Part shown: positions 52,118 through 61,633 of the stretch, one piece after another
Position numbering within the stretch: the first letter of the stretch is position 1
Layout of the letters: each line of letters starts with the position of its first letter
Assembly (NCBI GenBank): GCA_023396415.1
Contig: JAEWWJ010000114.1
Coordinates: forward strand, 4,116 to 68,115
Source: Bacteroidota bacterium
GTDB taxonomy: Bacteria > Bacteroidota > Bacteroidia > Bacteroidales > F082
Direction of reading: 5' to 3'
DNA: 64,000 bases
Position numbers and translations under genes: made by a program
Notes under the pieces: generated by a model
What the model was told of the DNA's origin: nothing
The model's database searches: none
Seen by the model: only the letters and a program-made list of their open reading frames with translations

Positions 52118-54892
52118 ATGAAATTGGCACTGCGGTCAGGCATATTTTTTTTTATTGCAATTCAATTGTGCTTTGGCTTGTCGGTTCATGCCGATACACC
52201 GACAAAAGTTGATAGTCTCAAAAACCGCCTTGCCGAAGTTTATGGAATAGAAAAACTCCAGGTGTATGTTGCGCTCATTGCTAACCTTCGTAATATTGAT
52301 CCGGTAATTAGTGTAAAGTATGGTAAAGAAGCCCTTTTATTGGCTGACTCATTGGACCACAAGCCTTTAAAAGCAAAAATCTTGAACGAGCAAGGCGTTT
52401 GCTACAAAAAGCTAAACATTACCGAGAAGGCACTTCAGCTACACCTTGAATCGCTACATCTGTTTGAAAACATGAATGATAGCATAGGAATTGCCTACAC
52501 CCTGGCCAATATTGGAAACGTGTATCACCAATATGGTGAGTTAGAAAAGGCCCTTGATTATCATTTCCGCGCCCTTTTTCTAAAAGAATACCTCAACGAC
52601 GAACCTCAAATTGCCTACTCGCAAAACGCTATAGGAATGATACTTAGCGAAATGGAGGAAAATACGCGTGCCCTTGATTTTTTTATTAGCGCCATGGCTA
52701 TTTTTAAAAAACACAACAAGGTGCTCGAACTGGCCAATGTGTATTCCAATATTGGAAAAGTAATGATTAGAACCGACCGCATCGAAGAGGCTAAATCCTA
52801 TTTTAATAAAGCTTACGAGGTGTATGTAGCAACAAAAACGGAATACGGAGAAGCATTGGTTTTGAACAACTTAGCAGAGTTAGATTTCAAAAATAATGCC
52901 TTTGAAGAAGCAATTAAAAAACTTGATCGGTCAGGAGAAATTGCACGGGCTTTAAACAATCTTGAAATTTTACATTTCAATTATAAACTCAGGAAAGAAA
53001 TTTATAAACGACAAAATAAGTTTAAAGAAGCTGTTGTTCTTGCTGAAAAAGCAGCCGAGCTAAAAGATTCATTGGTAAGCGAACGGCGGAACTATGAAAT
53101 TGAAGAACTACAAGTAAAGTATGAAACACAAAAGATTGACTCCGAAAACGTCATTCTTAAGCTAAAAATCAAAGAACAATCCTATAAACTACAATATACA
53201 ATAGCCGGTGCTTTCATCCTCATTTTATTCCTTGTGGCCTTTTTTATCTTGCGCTTATTTTTAAGAAAAAAGAAAGCTGCCGATATGCTCACTGAACTCA
53301 ATCAAAGCCTGGAACAACGTGTTGAAGAGCGTACCAAAGAACTCAATCAACTCATAAAAGAAAAACAAATTGCTTATAACTCCCTCAAGCAGAGCGAGGA
53401 GCGCTTAAATGTTATCAACGACACTTCGCCATACGGTATTGCAGTAACCAACGCCGAAGGTAAGATTGTGTTTCTAAACCAACGGCTTACTGAAACAACC
53501 GGACTTATTGGCAACGATTTTACCGACAGCAGTTGGATAGGCTATATTCTGCATGAAGACCGAAAAAATGTTGAATCCTATTGGCAAAACGCGCATAAAT
53601 ACCAAGGCAATTTGCCCGAGTTGAAGTTTCGCCTGCGCAATGCTAACAACTTCCGTTGGATCAAAATGAAGGGAGCCCCGATGCGCGACGACAACAACTT
53701 TGTAGGCTTGGTTGTAGTGTTTGAAAACATTACTGAGAGTAAGAAATTTGAGCACGACCTAATCATTGCAAAAAACAAAGCCGAAGAATCAGACTTACTC
53801 AAATCGGCCTTTCTTGCCAATATGTCGCATGAAATTAGAACCCCCATGAACGCCATTTTGGGTTTCTCCGATCTCCTTTCGTCTGATGAATACAGCAGCG
53901 AAGAAAAAATTGAATTTGTTGATATGATCCGTTCCAGCGGCAAAATTCTTCTCAATCTGATCAACGACATTATTGACATCTCTAAAATTGAGGCCGGCGA
54001 ACTAAAAATTCAACACACCACCTTCAAAGTGGTGAATGTGCTTGACGAACAGTATCAAAATTTCCGCCAACAACTCAACCATAACGGCAAGAAAAATGTA
54101 CGCTTGATCTTTAGCGGACGCAACGAAATATTGAACAGCGAAATCACCACCGACAAACATCGGCTCACCCAAATTTTAACCAACTTGCTCAGCAACGCCT
54201 CCAAATTTACGCTAAAAGGACAAATTGAATTTGGGATGATACAAGTAGGAAAAGAATATGAATTTTTTGTAAAAGACACAGGCATAGGCATTCCTGAAGC
54301 AAAACTTGAAATCATTTTTCAACGATTCAGACAAGCAGATGATTCACACACCCGCATTTATGGCGGAACAGGATTGGGATTGGCCATCACCAAAAACCTC
54401 ACCCAATTGCTGGGCGGCAACATCTGGGTTGAATCGGTTGAAAACAAAGGGACAGCATTTTATTTTACCCTTCCGGCCAATGAGTTGGGGTCGCAGCACG
54501 AAGGCTTTTATCCCGATTTTAGCTCAAAAACCATCCTCATTGCCGAAGATGTAGGAGCCAACTTCACCCTTTTAAACGGTATGTTGCGCTACACCAACGT
54601 CAACGTTTTACATGCCGACAACGGACTTATAACCGTTGATATGGCCTTGGAAGCACAACCGGATTTGATATTAATGGACATACAAATGCCTGAATTGGAT
54701 GGCATTAAAGCTTTTCAGCAACTTAAAAAACGTCAATTTAAAAAACCTATAGTGGCCATTTCAGCGTTCGCACAAAGCGAAGACGAAGAACGCTTTCTCA
54801 GACTAGGCTTCGACAGCTATCTCAGCAAACCTTTATCCATTGAAAAAGTGATGGCGGTTTTGCGTCTGTTTCTCGAAGATAAAACGCAATAG
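52118..54892 (+). CDS. Hybrid sensor histidine kinase (TPR sensor region, TM, PAS, HisKA, HATPase, receiver)
   Basis: Signal/TM at the N-terminus, a TPR-like region of about 250 aa, and the TM helix AGAFILILFLVAFFILRLFL. PAS is marked by SPYGIAVTNAEGKIVFLN, the H-box by FLANMSHEIRTPMNAILGF, and the G-box by GTGLGLAITKNL. The C-terminal receiver is marked by ILIAEDVGANF...LILMDIQMPELDG. Confidence 0.9.
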   Translation: MKLALRSGIFFFIAIQLCFGLSVHADTPTKVDSLKNRLAEVYGIEKLQVYVALIANLRNIDPVISVKYGKEALLLADSLDHKPLKAKILNEQGVCYKKLNITEKALQLHLESLHLFENMNDSIGIAYTLANIGNVYHQYGELEKALDYHFRALFLKEYLNDEPQIAYSQNAIGMILSEMEENTRALDFFISAMAIFKKHNKVLELANVYSNIGKVMIRTDRIEEAKSYFNKAYEVYVATKTEYGEALVLNNLAELDFKNNAFEEAIKKLDRSGEIARALNNLEILHFNYKLRKEIYKRQNKFKEAVVLAEKAAELKDSLVSERRNYEIEELQVKYETQKIDSENVILKLKIKEQSYKLQYTIAGAFILILFLVAFFILRLFLRKKKAADMLTELNQSLEQRVEERTKELNQLIKEKQIAYNSLKQSEERLNVINDTSPYGIAVTNAEGKIVFLNQRLTETTGLIGNDFTDSSWIGYILHEDRKNVESYWQNAHKYQGNLPELKFRLRNANNFRWIKMKGAPMRDDNNFVGLVVVFENITESKKFEHDLIIAKNKAEESDLLKSAFLANMSHEIRTPMNAILGFSDLLSSDEYSSEEKIEFVDMIRSSGKILLNLINDIIDISKIEAGELKIQHTTFKVVNVLDEQYQNFRQQLNHNGKKNVRLIFSGRNEILNSEITTDKHRLTQILTNLLSNASKFTLKGQIEFGMIQVGKEYEFFVKDTGIGIPEAKLEIIFQRFRQADDSHTRIYGGTGLGLAITKNLTQLLGGNIWVESVENKGTAFYFTLPANELGSQHEGFYPDFSSKTILIAEDVGANFTLLNGMLRYTNVNVLHADNGLITVDMALEAQPDLILMDIQMPELDGIKAFQQLKKRQFKKPIVAISAFAQSEDEERFLRLGFDSYLSKPLSIEKVMAVLRLFLEDKTQ

Positions 54893-54914
54893 AAAAAATA
54901 ACACCTACCGCTTT

Positions 54915-56477
54915 ATGAATACAGGAATGAAATCCAGCCCCTACAGCCCAAACGAACAAAAACAAGAATCTAAAAATCATGCGGTTAGCATAAGAAAAAT
55001 TGTCTTGCTTTTGCTTTTCAGCAGCTTATTTATACCGGTAAAATCTCAAATTTTTACCGAGATTCCCAATTCAGGACCGGGCATGGTGCAGGCCAAAGCC
55101 ATTTGGTTTGCCTCAGGAAACCGGCTTCACCCCATCGTGAGCGGACAATCTTCGGCCAACGCTGCGCAAGTACGCACGGTGTTTTTGCAACAAAAAAGCC
55201 GCAACAATTTTGCTGTAACCACAAGCCAACTTCCCGACTTTGGTTTTGGTGCCCTCGATGCCATTGACTTTAACAAAGACGGAATGGAAGACGTTGCCCT
55301 CACAGGAATTGGAACAGGAAATCGTTATATTTCAGGTGTTTACCTCCGACAATCCAATGGAACTTTCGCGAGAAGCAACAACAACCTTCCCACACTTTCA
55401 GATGGCTCGATAGAATTTGGCGACTTTGATAAAGATGGCGACTTCGATCTGCTGATCGCCGGAAAAGACCCTTCGGGAGGATTGCACACCAAAATACTTC
55501 GAAACGACAACGGCAAGTTATCTGAAATCAAAACCGATTTGCCCGGCATTCGATTCGGCAAAGCAAGATGGGGCGATTTCAACAATGACGGCCAACTTGA
55601 CGTAATCATCACAGGCCAATCCAACCAAGGTCTGATGACAAAAATATTCATTCAAAAAGATGGCAATTTCAGTCCACTGCGCCAAAGCTTTACCCCACTG
55701 TATCATAGCGATGTAGCGTTGGCCGATTTCAACAACGATGGGTTTTTAGACTTCTTTATTGCCGGACAAACCAAAGCCGGAACACCCTTCACAACCTACT
55801 ATTTAGGTTCTAAAGACTTGCAATTTAATTCGGGCAACAACCGAGAAATAAGACAGTTAATGAACGTCAGCGTGGATGTTGGCGATTACAACAACGACGG
55901 TCATGTGGATGTTGTGATGACAGGTGAAAGCCTCGAAAGGCCCTACACCATTGTTCTGCAAAACCTGCAAGGACGAGGCTTTCGCGACATCATGGCCGGA
56001 TTACCCGGTGTGGCCAACGGAACAGCACGATGGGGCGATTATGACAACGATGGCGACCTCGACCTTTACATTGCCGGTGTTGACGTATGTTTCAACCTCA
56101 TTGGAAGCGTATATCAAAACGGCCTCAGTCCAGCACGAGAGGTTGACGATATGCAAGTTGAAACCATTCCGATGGAGTTGGTTGCAGGCCCTAAATACTA
56201 TTTTGTGTTCTCTTCCTGCTACTGCGATCCCGAGCACACAGGAACCAAAAGCTATCACGGTTTCGTTTCTAATATCCACAAGGAGAGAAAAGATTTCGAC
56301 CTCAATTATGAGTTCAATTATCGCGTCATCAAAAATTATCCCGGCTGGAACAAAGCCGACCGAGGTCATCGCACTTCCAATGCCTTCACCAGTGTAAGCG
56401 ATGCCGAAAATGGACGCAAAACTGTGATTGCAAGTTATGTTCAAGACAACTATACCATTCATTATATCAACTGGTAA
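54915..56477 (+). CDS. FG-GAP/VCBS repeat protein with an unassigned C-terminal domain
   Basis: Repeated GDFDKDGDFDLLIAG, GDFNNDGQLDVIITG, ADFNNDGFLDFFIAG, GDYNNDGHVDVVMTG and GDYDNDGDLDLYIAG. There is an N-terminal TM/signal segment and a Cys-containing tail of about 120 aa with no recognised motif. Confidence 0.8.
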   Translation: MNTGMKSSPYSPNEQKQESKNHAVSIRKIVLLLLFSSLFIPVKSQIFTEIPNSGPGMVQAKAIWFASGNRLHPIVSGQSSANAAQVRTVFLQQKSRNNFAVTTSQLPDFGFGALDAIDFNKDGMEDVALTGIGTGNRYISGVYLRQSNGTFARSNNNLPTLSDGSIEFGDFDKDGDFDLLIAGKDPSGGLHTKILRNDNGKLSEIKTDLPGIRFGKARWGDFNNDGQLDVIITGQSNQGLMTKIFIQKDGNFSPLRQSFTPLYHSDVALADFNNDGFLDFFIAGQTKAGTPFTTYYLGSKDLQFNSGNNREIRQLMNVSVDVGDYNNDGHVDVVMTGESLERPYTIVLQNLQGRGFRDIMAGLPGVANGTARWGDYDNDGDLDLYIAGVDVCFNLIGSVYQNGLSPAREVDDMQVETIPMELVAGPKYYFVFSSCYCDPEHTGTKSYHGFVSNIHKERKDFDLNYEFNYRVIKNYPGWNKADRGHRTSNAFTSVSDAENGRKTVIASYVQDNYTIHYINW

Positions 56478-56528
56478 TCAATAATTTAGTAGTATTTGTC
56501 ATTACAACTATGATTCAATAATCACATC

Positions 56529-59033
56529 ATGGAGCTGTCCAACAATCCACAACTCGACCTTGCAAGAGCATTTGTTAGCAACACCAACAACCATATTTTC
56601 TTAACAGGAAAGGCAGGGACAGGAAAAACAACTTTTCTTCATCAGCTCAAAAAGATCACCTACAAACGTTTTGTAGTGCTGGCACCTACAGGCGTAGCCG
56701 CTATGAACGCCGGTGGAGTAACCATACACAGCTTTTTTCAGCTTCCGTTCGGCCCGCAGATACCGGAGTCGTTAGAAAAAGCAAACAATCCACAAGACCA
56801 AACACCAAGCAACACTTCGGCTCGTTTCCAGCGTTTTAACCGCACAAAAATCAACATCATCAGAAGCCTCGATCTGCTTGTGATTGACGAGATCAGCATG
56901 GTTCGGGCCGATTTGCTCGATGCCATTGATGCAGTGTTGCGGCGCTACAAAAACCGAAGTCTGCCTTTTGGCGGCCTGCAACTGCTGATGATTGGCGACT
57001 TGCACCAGCTGGCACCCGTTGCCAAAGACAATGAGTGGGAATTGCTGAAAAACTATTACGACTCCGTTTATTTTTTCAGCAGCAAGGCCCTGAAAGAAAC
57101 CAATTATGTGAGCATTGAGCTGAATCATGTCTATCGGCAATCCGACCCCCATTTCATTCGTCTGCTCAACAAAGTGAGAGACAGCGAACCTGATGAAGAA
57201 ACCATTAAAACCCTGAACAAACGTTACCTCCCTGAAGTTTTTCAAGCCGACCCGGAAGGTTATATCACCCTCACCACCCACAACCTTCAAGCGCAATCAC
57301 TCAACAGCGAAAAATTGGATGCCCTGCCCGGAAAACCATATCGCGCCAAAGCAGACATACGCAACGAATTTCCTGAATATATTTACCCCACCGAAGAGGA
57401 ACTCCTGCTAAAAAAAGGAGCGCAAGTGATGTTTGTCAAGAATGACCCCTCACCCATCAAACAGTTTTTTAATGGTAAAATTGGAAAGCTCATTGATATT
57501 GACACTGAAAACCAACTGCTTACCATTGAGTGTCCGGGCGATGACGGCCCTATCATTACAGGAAAATTGGAGTGGCAAAACAACGTTTACACCCTCAATG
57601 AAACCAGTAAAGAAATTGAAGAAAAGATCGTTGGCACCTTCACCCAGTTTCCAATAAAGCTGGCTTGGGCCATCACCATACATAAAAGCCAGGGACTTAC
57701 GTTCGACAAAGCCATTATTGACGCCCAAGCCGCCTTTGCACACGGCCAAGTGTATGTGGCGCTGAGCAGATGTCGCAGTTTGGAAGGCATGGTGTTTCGC
57801 TCGCGTATCCCTTCATCGGCCATCAAAAGCAATGCAACCGTAAAAGGATTCATGCAAAAGGTAGAAGAAAACCCACCCAACGAAAGCAGCCTTCAGCAAG
57901 CCGTTGAAGCCTATCAATTGCAGTTGGTAAATGACCTTTTCAATTTCAACACCTTTCGATGGCGGCTGAAATCATTGCTTAAAAACGCCAACGAAAACAG
58001 CCAAAGCTTATCCAAAGAACTGATTGATAACTACCAAAAAACCTACGAACAGCTTGAAAAAGAACTCATTGAGGTAAGCATTAAGTTTCAGCAGCAGATT
58101 GGTCAACTAGCAGTGCAGCAACCCTTTATAGAAAATAACACCGCGTTGCAAGAGCGGATTCAAAAAGCATCCGCTTTTTTTGCTCCACTGCACAAAAGCC
58201 TGCTCTCGAAAATTGAAATGACCATTGAAACCGACAACAAAGCCGTAAAAAAACAATTGAATGATGCCCTCAACAACCTCCTGAATGATGAAGCAATAAA
58301 ACAAGCCTGTCTTGTGGCCACTCAAAAGGGATTTGTGGTAAGCGAACTACTTTCCGTTCGGGCAAAGGCTGCCGCCGGAAGTGAAGACAAAAAAGTAAAG
58401 CCCACCCAAAAAGAAACGAGCTCCAAAGGAAAAGAAAAGAAGCTGTATCAAATGCTCAAGGCCTGGCGCGATGAGGTAGCAGAAGCTGAAGATATAGAGG
58501 TTTACGATGTGATTCAACTCAGAACAATGAGAGAAATTGCCGAGATCATTCCTACCAACAAAAAGGAACTACTTAAAATTCATGGACTTGGACGGGTTAG
58601 GCTGGCGCGCTATGGGAATGAAATTTTAAAGATTATTGAAACTTATCTTGAAGAAAGCAACATCGAAAAAGCGCTCGATTACACCAATTTGGAAGAACCC
58701 GAACCAAAAGTAAAAAAAGTTGCCAGCCACCTCATCAGCTATGAAATGTTCAAAAGTGGAAAAACACTTCAAGAAATTGCCACCGAAAGAGGCTTTGCCG
58801 TAACCACCATCGAAGGGCACCTGTCCCACTATGTCGGCACCGGCGAACTCGAACCCGAAGCTTTAGTAGCACCGGAAAAACTTGCTGTTATTTCAGAATA
58901 TTTTATTGAAACCCAAGACCCAAAGTTTTTGCCTGCCCGCGAAGTGCTGGGCGAGGAATACAGTTACGGAGAGCTCAGAATTGTGTTGGCCTACCTGAAA
59001 TTCAAAAAACAGATGGACATCTACAGTGAGTAG
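56529..59033 (+). CDS. Pif1/RecD-like SF1 DNA helicase with C-terminal HRDC-like and HTH domains
   Basis: Walker A FLTGKAGTGKTT, Walker B LLVIDEISMV, and AITIHKSQGLTFD. The HRDC-like segment is LYQMLKAWRDEVAEAEDIEVYDVIQLRTMREIA, and the terminal HTH-like segment is TLQEIATERGFAVTTIEGHL. Confidence 0.85.
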   Translation: MELSNNPQLDLARAFVSNTNNHIFLTGKAGTGKTTFLHQLKKITYKRFVVLAPTGVAAMNAGGVTIHSFFQLPFGPQIPESLEKANNPQDQTPSNTSARFQRFNRTKINIIRSLDLLVIDEISMVRADLLDAIDAVLRRYKNRSLPFGGLQLLMIGDLHQLAPVAKDNEWELLKNYYDSVYFFSSKALKETNYVSIELNHVYRQSDPHFIRLLNKVRDSEPDEETIKTLNKRYLPEVFQADPEGYITLTTHNLQAQSLNSEKLDALPGKPYRAKADIRNEFPEYIYPTEEELLLKKGAQVMFVKNDPSPIKQFFNGKIGKLIDIDTENQLLTIECPGDDGPIITGKLEWQNNVYTLNETSKEIEEKIVGTFTQFPIKLAWAITIHKSQGLTFDKAIIDAQAAFAHGQVYVALSRCRSLEGMVFRSRIPSSAIKSNATVKGFMQKVEENPPNESSLQQAVEAYQLQLVNDLFNFNTFRWRLKSLLKNANENSQSLSKELIDNYQKTYEQLEKELIEVSIKFQQQIGQLAVQQPFIENNTALQERIQKASAFFAPLHKSLLSKIEMTIETDNKAVKKQLNDALNNLLNDEAIKQACLVATQKGFVVSELLSVRAKAAAGSEDKKVKPTQKETSSKGKEKKLYQMLKAWRDEVAEAEDIEVYDVIQLRTMREIAEIIPTNKKELLKIHGLGRVRLARYGNEILKIIETYLEESNIEKALDYTNLEEPEPKVKKVASHLISYEMFKSGKTLQEIATERGFAVTTIEGHLSHYVGTGELEPEALVAPEKLAVISEYFIETQDPKFLPAREVLGEEYSYGELRIVLAYLKFKKQMDIYSE

Positions 59034-59173
59034 GTGAGCCCAAAGAACTAAATTATCCAAAACCTACCGACTAAAATAGTAGCTCAACAAGTTAACAAAA
59101 AAATTACAAAATGTTTGAAAAGACTCTTAAAGATAGAAAGTGACAAAATTTTGGATAGGATTAAAGTGCCACT

Positions 59174-59299
59174 ATGAGTAAAGAATTCATTTTATCATAA
59201 AAGCAGATTGAGAATCGCATTGTCTCTGTTGGTGGCATACAAGTAATGCTTGATAGCGATTTGGCTGAAATTTACAATATATCGAAGGCAACACCAATA
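59174..59299 (+). pseudogene. Remnant of an ORF6N (KilA-N-like) domain gene
   Basis: Reads MSKEFILS*KQIENRIVSVGGIQVMLDSDLAEIYNISKA. The string I..I....G.QVMLDSDLAE.Y is the characteristic ORF6N N-terminus. There is an in-frame TAA at 59198..59200, and similarity is lost after about 40 codons. Confidence 0.6.
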
Positions 59300-59382
59300 C
59301 AACCTCATCAGTTTCATTCAAAACCGGAAAATAAAGTAAGCCAAAATAAATTCTCAAGGCAGTATGGTTGCCAAAAAAAAAG

Positions 59383-59390
59383 TACTTTTG
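59383..59390 (+). promoter_or_regulatory. Bacteroidota -7 promoter box (TACTTTTG) for the tRNA
   Basis: Exact TAnnTTTG ending 15 nt before the tRNA 5' end. Confidence 0.5.
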
Positions 59391-59404
59391 CGCGTGTTTT
59401 TAAG

Positions 59405-59478
59405 CGGGGTGTAGCGCAGTCCGGTAGCGCGCGTCGTTCGGGACGACGAGGCCGCTGGTTCGAATCCAGTCACCCCGA
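59405..59478 (+). tRNA. tRNA-Pro (anticodon CGG)
   Basis: Hand-folded cloverleaf: acceptor CGGGGTG/CACCCCG, D-stem GCGC/GCGC, anticodon stem CGTCG/CGACG with loop TTCGGGA, T-arm GCTGG-TTCGAAT-CCAGT, discriminator A. No CCA is encoded, and a T-run follows. It closely resembles E. coli proK. Confidence 0.9.
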
Positions 59479-59726
59479 CTTTTTTTATCCCATCCCATCA
59501 TCTTCTAAAAACGATTCTATCACTGCTAAAGCTGCTGGTTTGTTGTGTGTTGCATAAATTTATTGAACACGAAATACCATTCAAAAGTCAGAATCTATAC
59601 CAAACTTAGCCAAAAGCCATTCGTTGTTTTTTAAATTGTAGTGCTTCCGGTTGAACAACGCGACTTCGTTTGTTGTTGTAGAGTTGAAAATTTACACACA
59701 CCAGTCCAAACTAAAAAAACACTCTC

Positions 59727-59891
59727 ATGTTTAAACTGTTCAAAAAAAAGTCGCCCACCGAGAAGCTTCACAAACAATATGAGTTACTCATGGCCGAATC
59801 TCACAGGCTATCGAAAACCAATCGTACCGAAAGCGATAAAAAATATGCCGAAGCGCAAGAACTATTGAAACAAATAGAACAGCTGGGATAG
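59727..59891 (+). CDS. Small conserved Bacteroidota protein (Lacal_2735-like), 54 aa
   Basis: Below the ORF-track cutoff. It reads MFKLFKKKSPTEKLHKQYELLMAESHRLSKTNRTESDKKYAEAQELLKQIEQLG, which fits the short helical family recalled as Lacal_2735 (MF.LFKKK...KL...Y..L..E...LS..NR..SD....EA). Confidence 0.55.
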   Translation: MFKLFKKKSPTEKLHKQYELLMAESHRLSKTNRTESDKKYAEAQELLKQIEQLG

Positions 59892-59919
59892 ACACTGCCA
59901 TTTTACAACAATCAAATTC

Positions 59920-60132
59920 TTATACAGCATTTTTTGAAGCTTTTTGTCGGGTAGGTTTTGACACCGTAAAAAGGGCCAAAGCCTCAATCGGCGGGGGTAT
60001 ATTGTGTGCTTCGGCCATGCGCCGGTATTCAAACTCCAGCAAATCCATTGGTAAATCATCCAGCGCCTTTTCCCAATAAAGGGTGTTGAGATACAGCGTA
60101 AACTCATCCATTAAAACCAATTCTGCTTCCAT
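59920..60132 (-). CDS. Hypothetical acidic 70 aa protein downstream of dinB
   Basis: An ORF on the same strand as dinB, 78 nt downstream of it, with no recognisable motif. An overlapping alternative-frame ORF (59862..60107) is less plausible. Confidence 0.35.
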   Translation of the reverse strand: MEAELVLMDEFTLYLNTLYWEKALDDLPMDLLEFEYRRMAEAHNIPPPIEALALFTVSKPTRQKASKNAV

Positions 60133-60210
60133 AATTTTTCATTTTTAAAGTTGCAACCGACTAATATTATAGTATTCATTATCTGATATTTATCTTTATA
60201 TTTCTTGGGT

Positions 60211-61377
60211 TTAAGTCAATTTTCTATCTTTTTCCTGCATCCCTCCTGCCCTTCCCACGGCATTTTTCCCAAAACGATGTCGAATGCGGTCCATAGCTTG
60301 ATACAAACTCACCATCTCGGTTGAATCTTCAAACATATTGAGCTGTTGCAATCCACCCACAAGATGGCTCAAACGCACTCCCACAAGCCGTATCAGCATC
60401 CGTCTATTGTAGAGTTTTTCAAACGTTTCGAGTACGGTGTTGAGCAGCAGATGGTCGAAAGCTGTATAAGGGATTTTTTTTTGCTGGCTGTGGGTATCAA
60501 AATTGGCATAGCGTATTTTCACCGTGATACATCCTGTCAGCTTTTGTTTTGAACGCATGTCGAAGGCCAGTTTTTCCACCATTGCCGTCAATGTTTGTCG
60601 CAGCAACACCAAATCAGTGGTGTCTTGTTCGAAAGTATGCTCACTGCTGATGGACTTGCGCTCGGTGTAAGGCTGCACCGGTGTGGGATCAATGCCATTG
60701 GCTTTGCGCCAGATCACCAATCCATTTTTGCCCATCACCTGCTCAATCATTAACGGAGGAACTTGCCTGAGCGTACCAATGGTAGAAACACCCATCGAAC
60801 GCAACAAACGATAGCCGGCATCGCCCACCATCGGAATCTTACGAATGGAAAGCGGATCGAGAAACACATTCACGTCGAGAGGCTTCACCTGTAACTCACC
60901 ATTGGGTTTGGCCTGCCCGGTGGCTATTTTTGAAACCGTTTTATTGCCCGACAAGCCAAATGAAATGGGTAAACCGGTGTGATGGATGATGCGTTGGCGC
61001 AACTCGTGCGACCATCTGTAACAACCAAAAAAACGATCCATCCCCGTCAGGTCAATATAATGCTCGTCAACCGATGTTTTTTCATACACAGGCGCATACT
61101 CGGCAATCACATCCGTAACCAAGCGCGAATAACGACTATAAAGCTCCATGTCGCCACGGATATAAACCGCCTGCCCACACAACTGCTTGGCCATCCGCAT
61201 GGGCATGGCCGAATGTACGCCAAAGCGACGGGCCTCGTAACTGCAACCGGCCACCACACCACGATCCGACATTCCGCCCACAATCACCGGTTTGCCCACC
61301 AACGAAGGATTCATTAAACGCTCTACCGATACAAAAAAAGTGTCCATATCCATGTGCACAATCGTTCTTTCACCCAT
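60211..61377 (-). CDS. dinB: DNA polymerase IV (Y-family)
   Basis: IVHMDMDTFFVSVE, PVIVGG, ARRFGVHSAMP, SVDEHYIDLT, SFGLSGNKTVSKIATGQAKPNG and IRKIPMVG are Y-family DinB motifs. The ATG start at 61377 is preferred over GTG 61392. Confidence 0.9.
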   Translation of the reverse strand: MGERTIVHMDMDTFFVSVERLMNPSLVGKPVIVGGMSDRGVVAGCSYEARRFGVHSAMPMRMAKQLCGQAVYIRGDMELYSRYSRLVTDVIAEYAPVYEKTSVDEHYIDLTGMDRFFGCYRWSHELRQRIIHHTGLPISFGLSGNKTVSKIATGQAKPNGELQVKPLDVNVFLDPLSIRKIPMVGDAGYRLLRSMGVSTIGTLRQVPPLMIEQVMGKNGLVIWRKANGIDPTPVQPYTERKSISSEHTFEQDTTDLVLLRQTLTAMVEKLAFDMRSKQKLTGCITVKIRYANFDTHSQQKKIPYTAFDHLLLNTVLETFEKLYNRRMLIRLVGVRLSHLVGGLQQLNMFEDSTEMVSLYQAMDRIRHRFGKNAVGRAGGMQEKDRKLT

Positions 61378-61429
61378 GATCACGCCCTCCACTTTGCCAA
61401 CAAGCCTTCGCTGCCCATGCTTTAGCTTT

Positions 61430-61437
61430 CAAAATTA
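61430..61437 (-). promoter_or_regulatory. Bacteroidota -7 promoter box (TAATTTTG on minus strand)
   Basis: The plus strand reads CAAAATTA, 53 nt upstream of dinB ATG 61377. Confidence 0.4.
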
Positions 61438-61633
61438 TTTCTATGATTGAAAATATTTTTTTCATTTTTTTGATTAAACTATTGACATTTTAATATAATG
61501 ATGTATTTTTGACGTGTTTTTAATCATTTTATACGACGTAAATTTAATCATTTATTTAAAAAAGGCAAGAAAAAATGAATATTTCCTTTCCTAAAAGGCG
61601 AAAATCATTTGAATCAAAGAATAACTTAAAGCC

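Noticed and set aside
59055-59160. 9-bp inverted repeat TATCCAAAA / TTTTGGATA about 85 nt apart downstream of the helicase gene, possibly MITE ends.
   Set aside because: It is short and AT-rich, has no target-site duplication or second copy in the window, and is compatible with chance.
59405-59478. tRNA-Pro as the boundary of an intact genomic island.
   Set aside because: No integrase or recombinase and no direct repeat of the tRNA 3' end were seen anywhere in the window. Only a decayed ORF6N fragment hints at past integration.
59246-59557. 103 aa ORF spanning the tRNA-Pro gene.
   Set aside because: It reads straight through a well-folded tRNA (59405..59478) and its promoter. Only its first ~15 codons have meaning, as the tail of the ORF6N remnant.
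61482-61499. TTGACA ... TATAAT, which looks like an E. coli sigma-70 promoter in the dinB/repressor spacer.
   Set aside because: The two hexamers are separated by only 6 nt instead of about 17, and Bacteroidota primary promoters use TTTG / TAnnTTTG instead.
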